From Nemertoderma westbladi (lineage: Eukaryota > Animalia > Xenacoelomorpha): DNA of 64,000 nucleotides. Below, piece by piece: positions 38,101 through 48,970 of this stretch (position 1 is the stretch's first letter; every line of letters begins with the position of its first letter). Position numbers and translations under genes: made by a program. The DNA is taken from positions 62,001-126,000 of the forward strand of contig JAUCBJ010004144.1 of the NCBI GenBank assembly GCA_032718475.1, read 5' to 3'. Below the pieces are notes generated by a model. That model ran no database searches and had not been told where the DNA came from. It saw only the letters and a program-made list of their open reading frames with translations.

Positions 38101-40088
38101 TGTTACGGTATATGGCGCTGTATCCACATTATTAGCCATCATACAGTATAATATGTTTGTTATTGTGGAGTACAATTATTTAGATAAGGCATAGTGCGGT
38201 GACATTTAGATAAGGAAGTTAAAACGCCCATATATTTTGAATTCATCCATTTTGTATAGTATGTAGCCCTATCTATGTAATTTTGTATTAGGATATAGGT
38301 AGATAGTCCCAGGGTAGCAAGTTTCTTGTTGGACCCTGGATACGGGCTTGCTGTTATTAGCCTCGACATGGCTAGCATCCAGGAACGCAATCCTAACCAT
38401 TCAGCAGCCAGGGACGTGATCCATTACCATATATGGTAATAATTTGCGATTTTGGGAGCCTGAGGTTCACAATCCGGCTTCCTTATTGGCCCAGCTGTTC
38501 CAGGTTGGTCTGATGGTGGGGCGGATTGGGGAGCCAATGAGAGGAATATTGCGTCATCCCTGTTGCATCACCTATAAATTGGCTGTATTTCCGGTATGTG
38601 CATCTAGTTCTAGTTATCTAGTTATATTAATCTTAATCTCTCAATCTAGTACCAGTGGCAGTATTGTAGTTTTGTTTCTGGTTAATTGTTAATCTTTCGT
38701 CTATCTTTCTGTTTTCTCAATCAATTACTGCAAATTACAATTTTGAATTATGGTTTCTAATTTGATTATTAATTCCTATGTGATTTAAGATGTGATAATC
38801 CCACGGGATTTCTTTAGACTGTCAGACTGTTTGTGATTTGCATGCGCCGCTACGGTAGCTATTCATCCTGATGGAGGGCTAAGGTACCGGTAGGCGGTGG
38901 GCGCATCGGGGGGTTAGCGACGAAGGGAGTAGCGGAGGATTCAAAGGCGGGCAACGCTGGCAGGGGGTCACCGTTGCAGTCGGACAATTTGCATTGTGGC
39001 GTGTGGACAGCTCGCTGGTACAGTAATTAGGGGGCTGATGATCCAGATTTTGTCTCTATTTTGTAGTATTAGGGGGGCAGGAATTGGGTTAGTTAGGAAG
39101 CCTAGATGTACCCGGGAGAGGCCTGCGTGCTTTACAATTGCGAATTGTGGATTGCAAATTGCGAATTGCGGGAATTGCGAATTGCGTGCATTGCGAATTG
39201 TGTAATTGCGGATTGTACAATTGCGAATCGCGCATTGCGAGCTGTGATTGCTGACGCTGATTCGTGTGTTACTGAAGTGTGCCTAAGATTACGAACGCTT
39301 AGATAGGCGCTCTTTTCCCTTTGATTGATTTCTATTTCTTAGTTTACTGTAAATAATTACTGATTAGGTCAAAGTAATACAGTATTTTAGGCTGTTACAT
39401 ATTTGTGACTGTAATTAATTAGTAAAATTAAGAATTAGTACGCAGCATAGCGGAGAGTAGCTAAGGTAATAATTAGAGTACCGTAAACTATTCACGCTGA
39501 GCGGTTATTTGAATTAGCGGGCAATAAGCTAGATCGCAGTATTCAGTACGCAAAACGCATTAGTAATTTGCTGGCCTAAAGCCAGCCGCAGACAAGTTTA
39601 GTCCCACTATAGGTATTAGCCCAAATAAACACTGTACCGATTTGATTATTTAAATATTCTCGCATTCACACATTCCGTTAGGGAAACCCAGTATTCGCGA
39701 TTAGAAAGGACGTAGGCATTGGCGTACTTTAACAGTAAGATTAGGCCGTAAGAATATACTCTGAGTGTAAGACCTCTCACACTCGTCTTAAGTCAGCTTA
39801 GGGAGTCAATTCGGGTTTGTTGTTTTGGTTATTCCCGCGTGGCTCATATATTCGAACAGTTAGCTCTCTATCGAGTAATTGGTAGAGAAAGGAACAAGAA
39901 ATTAGCAGGAGCCGTAGAAAATTAGTAAAACATATTAGCGGACGGTAGGCGAGCGCCATCCAACGGTAAGTAGCGGTTTTGTATTTAGCAACCCCTTACA
40001 TTAGCAATAATACGCTCCTGATTGCCATGTCTAATAAATAGAGCAGTTTTGTGTCTTTATTGGTTAGGCCGGGGTAGTTTGTTTAACA
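38101..40088 (+). mobile_element. Element C 5' LTR (1988 bp)
   Basis: Matches 61034-62629 apart from extra segments at ~38790-39136 and ~39227-39278. GC box, CCAAT motifs and TATAAA near 38515-38580. Confidence 0.92.
39136..39240 (+). repeat. (ATTGCGA)n-like 7-bp repeat within the element C LTR (also ~61724-61813)
   Basis: ATTGCGAATTGTGGATTGCAAATTGCGAATTGCGGGAATTGCGAATTGCG... Confidence 0.85.
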
Positions 40089-42271
40089 GTAAAGCACGTT
40101 TTTGTTTTGCTGTACTGCGTACAGTAAGACATAGAGTATTCTTTAGGCTGTTAGGTTAGTGTACTGTTCTACTTACTGTACTGCATACAGTGGATGTACG
40201 GTAGTGCGTTTTTACTAATTGCGAATACAGCAGTTCATTAGGCCTTAGGGCAAACTGTAATTAGTAAGTTTTTTGAAAATTTTAGCTAGGTTTGCGAGAA
40301 TTCAGTTTCGGTCAAAATTATTTGTAAAATCTAGAGTTTTGTACCGGTATGTTGGATAACCGCTTAGTTATTTTATACCATCTGGAGATACATGGCAAGA
40401 CGGAGCTTCTGAGTTTGGGGTTCGTGTGGGTCTGCGGGTTCGGTTTGCACTCAGCGAAAGGACTGAAAATTTGGACGCGGACGTGGAATCTCACAGCAAA
40501 CAAGGTTAGTTGTTCTGTTGGCACCATTGTGTTTGTGGAAGCAGTAAAAAATTACCGGTTGTTTAACTGCGAAGCTGAACTCAATTTATTAGTTAGGTTA
40601 GTTAGGTTTAGCCGACCATGGTTTTTTAAATCGCTCAAGTTAGAGAGAGAGTTAGAGAGAGTCGCAGCCCGAAGATGTAGCCACGTGCTAGTGGATACAT
40701 ATAATATTTGAAATTAAAATTACGTTGATTAGAGCTATATGCAAAATTGGAATTATTTGGGTGGCAAATTCATTCTGAATATTTTGTATTAGATTCAGAA
40801 ATTATTTTGTGTCATACCGGTTGCCGGTATTTAATTGCTATAGTAACTATATAATAATATTTTTGTTTAAATATTGTGCTAGTATTTGCTATAACAATAC
40901 CCCATTAAATTCACAATATTGCATTGCGAATTTATTTTGACATTTTGGACAACTAATTATTTGACAAATAATTTAATCGCATTTCGATTAAATTATATAT
41001 ATATATATCTCGAACCTTTTGCGAGATATTTTGGCCGGAAGGCACACATTATTTAGACTATGAGTGTCTCAGATAAGGAGGCACTAGAGGACAGCTATGA
41101 GACGGCGGCTGGACCGCCGACTGACGATAGCGTAAATATTACTGTTGACGACAATGCCGACTATGACGACGCAGCGAGCGACGCTGACGTAAGTGAACAG
41201 GAGGACGAGACAGTAACTAGTGAGGAAGAACAACAACCTCCAGTAATAGTATTAGGATCCCCTACCGCTACTGTAAGGAAGGATTGTACAGCAACCCAAC
41301 CAGAGGTGAGTGATAGGGAGGGTAGTGTAGCAGAAGCGAGAGCCCGGAGCCCGGTTTCCAGACCTGTGGGTATGGTAAGTGCCGTGGTCCCAGCGGCTGT
41401 AAGGAGTACCCGTAGTTCCCGAAATAATCCTTCAAGTCCACCAAGTGTAAGTCAGGTAAGTGAGAGAGAACTTGACATCACGATAAAGAAGAAACTTCAC
41501 GCGCATGCCGGACATATAACCCGGACGGCGGACAAGGTAAGGAAGATGTTAGCTGACTCAGCGAACATCGGAAGGGAAGGGTTAGTAGAGATTAGAAGAG
41601 GATACAACTCAGCGTTATTCAAACAGACGGAGGAGCTTGCAGTCCTAGCGAAGAAGGCAGTAGAGTCTCAGTCGAGCGACGTGGCGACGAGGATTTATGA
41701 CAGGGTTTTAGCAGCCTTGTTGGAACACCGCGCGTTATCGGAGCGATTCCGACGAGTTAGGACGGAAAACTGGTTGCTATGGGCATCACAAGCGCAGGCG
41801 ACTCAGGTGAGTGACGCAGAGTTGAGAGACTTAGTGGAGCGGGAAGAGATCCAAGATAAGGAAGAGCGCCGTTATCAACGGGAAGTTACCAGCTGGCTGA
41901 TGCAGAGTGGAGTGGTGGTACCGGGTCAGGTGCTACCGACGACGGAGAACATCCAACAGAGGACGTTGACTCCACCCGACGACGCATCTAGAGACAGTGG
42001 CGATTCCCAGGTTAGTCATGCGCGAGGGAAAGTTATGTGTTCTAGATCCCTTGTTTCTCACAACTCGGCGGAGGAGAGAAGACGCCGACTGGACGAACAA
42101 CAGGCGGAAGTTTTGCGTGCCTTGGAAGCACGGAAGGAAGCCGAGCGGGAAAGGGAGCGAACACGTAAGTTAGACGCAAAGTTGCAAGAGTTGGAAGAGA
42201 AAGGTAAGCGTGAACAAGCGGAACGCGAACGCAAGGAACGCGAACTCCAACTTGAACGCGAACAGAAGGAA

Positions 42272-43452
42272 TGCAAACTCGAGATACCTAAAGAGGTGAG
42301 GTCTCTATAGGGGTGTCTCGAACAGGCGGCGGCGGACTCGTGAGGGTCTGGGGACACGTTAAATTCGCGTTATAGTGCAAGAGAGTTACTTAAGGCCCTC
42401 GTGTCTAGCAAACCATGAATTGCCATGGTGCCGTGGTACCGCCTAGTCGGCCTGTTGCCGTACTGCCAGTCCCGTACACAGTAGGGGTGGTGGCATGGCG
42501 TGATTTGTGGTTCATGTGGTATGAACTGTGATTTGTATGTGGGTGACCAGTGGCAGTTAGCTTTGGGGCTTGGATGTGTGCCATTGACCGTCAGCTGTTC
42601 CGTTTTTTTGATACTATATGTTATTGTCTCCATGTTCAGCTGATTGGTCTTTGGGGTGTGTTTGTGTCTGAGATAAGCTTTGTCACTGTGGGTGCGTGAG
42701 TACATGTGATTGTTTGTATGGCCACTGTGAGTGAGTGTGGGAAATCTTGCCGGTTGGTCCAGACGCCGCTGGTATTAGTAGGACCAACTTTACTGCGCCC
42801 CAGCATACTTTGTGCACACAAGTTATTTTGCCCTGACGGTAAAATAAAGTACTCTCGACTTTCTCATTCTCTCTCAAGTCGATACAATTTTGTCCCTCCC
42901 GATTTTGACCCCGATTTTGTCTTTCCCGATTATGTCTTCTGTGTGTGCATGGTATGTGTCAGATTTTGTGTTTACCGTAGTGTACTTGATATCTGAACAT
43001 CTGTTGAGTACACGTGTACAGGACAGGTAAGTGGTTACTTGTTCCTAGCTTTCGAGCTAGTCAGTATTGTTGTGGAATGGTGTCCCTTCAATACTGCCGG
43101 CGAGGCGGGTGAAAACGTGTCAATATTCCATGTTGGGTAGCGCAAGCCCACATGGGACAAGACCGTCGGTTAGGCCCAAGGGCGACCTTGGTGCTCGATC
43201 GCTATCGACTGGTCCACCCGCCGGTTGACTCTCTGAGTTGGCTCAATGTACAGTCAGGCCACAGTAAGTTGACAGTAGCCGCCCATCTGGCTACACGTTC
43301 GACGAGCTGTGCCGGTGTGATCGGGGGACCGAAAACAGAACCCGGGAAGCATCGGGCCACCCTCCGGCCTGGTCTGATAATAACATCAGTCAGACTGGCC
43401 CCAGGGGTGGTGGAAAGGTGTCCGCCTAGTGGGTGCGCCTCCGGGAGGAGCC
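42272..43452. mobile_element. Unclassified 1.18-kb insertion in element C gag with an 8-bp flanking direct repeat
   Basis: CAGAAGGA at 42263-42270 and 43453-43460. The gag coiled-coil (ELQLEREQKE|HKREKERR) resumes after it. No TIR, poly(A) or recognisable ORF. Confidence 0.8.
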
Positions 43453-46400
43453 CAGAAGGACACAAGCGCGAGAAGGAGCGACGGGCGTTGTATGAAGAGA
43501 AGGCGCGTGTGGAAGAAGAGAGCGCAGCGAGACAAGCGAGGGAAGAAGAAGAACGTAAACTGGCGCAGTTGGAAAGTGCGAGATTAAACCTTGAGAGCGA
43601 AGAACGGACTAGGAAGGCGAATGAAATCGCCGAGAAGGGGATGCGAATGCTCAAAGAATGTGGGGCGAGTGTAGGGACCGAGTTGCGAGAACTGTTCGCA
43701 CTGCAGAAGGCCAAACAGGAAGCGAGAACTCCGACTGTACGCGAGTCGACGACGACCAGAATTCCTATACCCGGTCCAGCTATTACGAGTACACGGATCG
43801 CTAAACCGTTCTCTACATATCGCACACCAGTTGGTATTAGTGCTTCACCCATCGCGCAGGATCCACGTCATCGGAACACCGCACCACTACACACTGAACG
43901 CGACGACAATGAAGAATTTAGAGGAGAAACTCCGACTGGACGAGTATTTGGCGAACCGAACCCGCGGGTTTGGAATACGCGAACGGAGCGCCGACCCAGT
44001 TCGACGGAGAACTTCCGGGTTAAACCGGAAGAGGGATCATATGAAAGACAGTGGATTACTCAGATAGAGCCGACTATACAACAGAATCCTAGCCAGGAAT
44101 TTATTACGAGGGATGAGTTAAGTGCTAGTTTAGCGCAAGCTATTTCGCCGCACATCCAACCTATAACGGATATGCTTAGCAACCTACGGTTAAAGGAAGC
44201 AGCCCAGGTAAGAAGTAATTCGAATCCTAGCAGGCCTGAGTTAGATAAAGTCCAACCTAGTCAACGAGTACGCATATCGGAGGAGATTATACCACATAGA
44301 CCTCAGGTAAGGACGCCAGTCCCGAATATCTCTAATCCCAATTTCGAAAATTCGGCCGAGAAATTTATTCAGGAAGCTTGGGTCAGGGCCTCGGCGCGCA
44401 AACCATCGCGAGCGTTAAGGACTGACACCGAGTCAAGCGATGAAGAGGAAGACATGAGACGTCAGAAGTCCCGAAACTATAAGGAAAGAAGGACCGACGC
44501 GGAGCAGGTAAGTCTCAATCCCCGGGAAAGGACCAGACTTAACAACCCTGCGGAACTAAACCATTTGTTAACCCGGAACGACGCAACCCTTAGGGACATA
44601 GGTAAGTTTGCTGCTAGGCAAGGACTGCCGACGCAACAACCCCAGAAGTTTATGGGCAACCATAAGCACTGGAGGACTTTCAAAACCTATGTCGACGAGC
44701 AGCTAACCAGCAGCACCTTTACTCCCAACGAGAAGTTCAACTATTTGCTCCAGATGCTCCAACGAGAACCTAGAGTCATTGCTGACAACTTCGTCGGCAA
44801 TGAAAGAGCATTCGAATTAGCAATGAAGACGCTTAGCGACATCTACGGGAATAAAACCAAGATGGCCCAGTCGATAGTGGAAGACTTGGGTAAAGGCGGA
44901 AGGATTACAACTCCGTTAGAGCTGTTGAACTTAGCGAACGCTATTTTGAACGCATTGGACATCTTGAAGATGGTGAATCTACCTCATCATGGTGATCACG
45001 CCGAAGTTTTGAAAAGCGTAATAAGACGTTTAAACATGCGTTACAGACAGAAATGGCGCAAATTAGAGAATAAGTTGGAGGGCCAAGGTAAAGTATTGAC
45101 ACTTCAACACATTCATGACATGATAGCCACAGACGCAGTAGCAGAGATGAAATCAAACTTCTTAGAGGAGAATATAAGAGAGTCTAAACCTGTTACCGGT
45201 AAGTCTATGGTAAGTTTTGACAATGACAGGACCACTGTGACATTTAACTCAGTAGACCGATATAATTCGAGTACCCCAGCCTTTAGATCAGACTCGCGAG
45301 TATGGTCAGGTGAGCGGTTAGATAGACCTAGGTTAAAGCAACAGGAGTTGCCGGATGGATTTGTAGGTTGCCAATTCTGCTTGCTAAAGGAGGTAAGATC
45401 TGACGACCATAAGTTGGATAGTTGCAGACGGTTCAAAGAATTAAATTCGGAACAGAGAAGAGTTCAAGTGCGGACGTTGGACACCTGTTGGGCTTGTCTT
45501 GCGCCAGGTCATGTACGGCGGCAGTGCCCGAACAGCAAGGACGGATGCATGGAATGCGGCAGACTACATCACAAGTTGCTACATGCGGATTTCCATACCC
45601 CAACGGACCGTTACTTACAGCGAAATCCTCAAAGGAAGGGGAGCAAAGAACCCGTATCGATAAGAAGAAATACGTACACCGGCATCCAGGACGATGGTTA
45701 CCAACCAGGTTCGTCGGACGAAGATGGCGAGTCGAGCGCGAGAGAGGTGACCTGCCAAGGTTTCACCGCGGACAGTTCATCGACCAGCGCGCGGACGTAT
45801 TTATCATCGGCCACGTCGGAAATATTCAGCGTGATTCCGGTGAAACTTACCGGAGATAAGGGATCAAAAAGAATATATGTGATGTTGGACACTGCGTCCA
45901 CATTATCTTATATCGACGAGGAAGTGGCGAGAGCCGTTTCTAGCTTCCAGGACGCTGAGGAGATCCAAATAGAGTTGAAGTCTATGCACGGGGTAGGGGA
46001 CCTCAAGGGACACAGGATATCTGTAGAACTAGATTCCCTACTTCCGAGAGACCAACACACTCGACAAGAACGAAGAGCTTTGCCATTGGACGGATTTAAG
46101 TGTCTAGCTATGAAGGGGTTCGGCAGGCAGTTAGGTAAGGTGCCGCCGATGAGTCCCATAGCACAGGAGTATTTTGACAAGCTCAGAGTACCGAGACACC
46201 AGGTAGGTTATAGGAATGTTTCTATGTTGATTGGTGCAGAACAGCTGATCGCACACCAAATATGGGAAACGAGACCAGCTGAGCCGCATGTAAATGGACC
46301 ACATGCCCATAGGCTATATTAGGTTGGTATACAAGAGTACCCATGTCTTATGAGTTTACAGGTGGCGACGAGCCAAAAGATAGATACGACGGATTACAGC

Positions 46401-47756
46401 CTATAACTGAACCACTGTTAGTAGAACCACCAGACATAGACGAGTTTAGGAGAACCTGTATTGACCATTATAGTGACGTTAGCGAGTCGGACGAGGAGTT
46501 GATTCCCGATAATGTTAAGTTGTCGGAACCACTTCACAATGACCGGACAGATAGTGAACCCGAGGACTACTGTTATCAGACCCGTGGGTCTGGTTCAGCG
46601 GCCCACGCTACCTATTTGAGTAACGTTTTGACTTATACCGACATAGTGGAGGGTCAAGTGGCTAAATATCGAGACCTAGACATTTTCCAATACAGTGAAG
46701 AGGAGCTACAGAAGGAATTGATACGCCAGGACCTTGAGACAGGAGCTAGAACCGTCGAATGGCTGGATAGGGATGCAATGGAACCCGGTGGATATGACCT
46801 AGCCATGTCCATGGACGAGAAACGGTCGCTGGAGATGATGGAAGATACCATACGTTTGCTACCGACTGGACATTTTGAAGTTGGAATGTTGTGGCGTCGA
46901 CAACCACCTAAGTTGGAGAACAACTACAGCTTAGCCTTGAAAAGATTAAACGGAGTAAGGGCTCGGTTGTTAAAGAATCCGGACATTAGGGAGAAGTATT
47001 GCGCCCAGATCAACAACTATTTCGCCAAGGGATTTGCTGGGAAGGTAGAGGACCCTGACTTAGTAACGGACCAGACTTACTATCTCCCATACCACTATGT
47101 GACTCACCCTGACAAGCCTGACAAAGTCCGAGTAGTCAACGACTGCGCAGCAGTCTATAGAGGTATGTCCCTGAATTCAGAGTTGATGGATGGTCCCAAC
47201 CTGAATAACTATTTGATTGGAATACTGTTACGTTTTAGACAGTGGCGATTCGCATTTACTTGTGACATCGAGGCGATGTTCCACCAGGTAAGAGCCTGTA
47301 AGGCAGACCAGGATAGCCTTCGCTTTCTCTGGTATGAGAATGAAGACTTATCCGGCCCAGTGGTTACATACCAGATGTACGTTAGGATATTTGGCGCCCG
47401 CGATAGTCCAAATGGCACGCTGTTTGTTCTAAAGAAAACGGCAACAGCCCAGATTGGTAAGTACCCAGTAGAGGTTATCGAGTCCATCTTGAGAAACTTC
47501 TATATGGACGACGGATTGGTGTCCAAGGACACAGCGGAACAAGCCATAGAAGTGGCTCACGGCCTACAGGAGTGCTTGGCTACAGGGGGTTTTCCTCTGA
47601 CCAAGTTCACTACAAACTCGGAGGCCTTATTAGAGTCGTTCCCGGTGAAAGACCGCGGGAGCGGAGACATAGAATTGGGGGTAGAACCAATTCCCATGGC
47701 GCGAGTACTGGGACTCGCTTGGAATCCGAACACGGACAAGTTCCAGGTAAGAGTTA

Positions 47757-48054
47757 CTACTACTAGGATCGGCATGCTGCATTGCAGCTGCATTTTTAAG
47801 AATGCTGTGCCGGCTTGTCAACAAAATTCCACCGCCACAACTCCCTATCACCCATGACATTTGCTAGATCATCCGCATCTTTAAGGCCAGTGTCCTTTAA
47901 GATGCGTCTCAAGAAAGTCATGGGCTGTCCACCATGCTTATTCTCTCCATGAGGCTGCCAAAGTACAAGATTATGCACTGGCTGGTCCTCACGGCGAAAG
48001 CAATGTCCTGCAAAGCGGAGGCGATTTTGTTCTAGTGTCAGCCCAGACACTAGA
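47757..48054 (-). mobile_element. 3' fragment of an RTE/RTEX-like LINE inserted antisense in RT
   Basis: Minus-strand RLRFAGHCFRR..LVLWQP.HG..KDTG..MGDRELWR; (TAG)n tail; flanking AGTTA repeats. Removal restores QVRVRFEP in frame. Confidence 0.88.
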
Positions 48055-48910
48055 AGTTAGGTTTGAGCCCAGTAGCCCAGACAAAGTTTTGACAAAGAGA
48101 ATTTGCTTATCGACTTTAAGTAGACTATTTGACCCGATGAACTTTATCAGTCCGGTAATATTACAGGCACGAGCTTGCATGAGGAAAATTTGGTTGTCCA
48201 ACCTAGAGTGGGACGAACCAACATCTCCTATACATGGAAAGCAGTGGAGAGAGTGGGAAGCCGAGTTGCATCTATTGAAAAATATAGATGTACCCCGATC
48301 CTACTTTCCGAATCAGCTGGTATTCCCAGCTGATTTAGAGCTCCATTTATTTAGTGACGCAAGTGACACCGGCTTTGGTATGGTAGCCTACCTTCGCCGA
48401 GAGGTAAGTCAGGATAAATTTGAGACGGCCTTTGTGACTTCTAGATCAAAGACAATGCCGGTCAAATACATGACTGTCCCTCGTGCAGAGTTACAGGCGG
48501 CAGTAATTTCAGTCGAGGTAAGTAAGCAGATAATTGAGGAGTTAGACACGACGTTGACCTTATTCTATTGGACGGACGCATCCTTAGTGTTAGTATACAT
48601 TGCAGCCGACAATATTGCACTAAAGACATTTGTGGCCAACAGACGCGCTCAGATCGTCGACTTTTCGACGAAGGAACAATGGAGACATTGTCCGGGAGTG
48701 TTAAACCCGGCCGACATAACTTCGAGAGGTGCAATGCCGGCGGAATTCTGTCAGGAAGAGTCGCAGGAGTTTTGGTTGCATGGACCTGATTTTCTAACGA
48801 GGACACAGGAACATTGGCCAGAGCGACTAAAGATAGTGACCAATCCGATGCCTGAAGATGCAGAAGTCAAGGTGGAGAAAGTTTCTAAGTCAAAGTCTAA
48901 AGCCAATCTC

Positions 48911-48970
48911 AAGTCATTGGAGCGGCCTGAAGAGTCATTGGAGCGGCCTGAAGAGTCATTGGAGCGGCCC
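48911..48970 (+). repeat. 21-bp coding repeat x3 (SLERPEE) in the RNase H-integrase linker (also 56592-56651)
   Basis: AGTCATTGGAGCGGCCTGAAG repeated three times. Confidence 0.85.

Noticed and set aside
38160-38692. ORFs within the element C LTRs (76-112 aa, three copies)
   Set aside because: They recur only because the LTR is repeated; they show no domain and their ends vary.
43152-43452. N-terminus of the 1056-aa ORF as a genuine protein start
   Set aside because: These codons come from the 1.18-kb insertion fused by chance to the gag frame.
47747-48046. RTE insert removed as an intron to rescue RT (CAG/GTAAGA donor just upstream)
   Set aside because: The best-looking acceptor (TTTTGTTCTAG) gives an out-of-frame product; only a weaker downstream CAG is in frame, and there is no transcript evidence.
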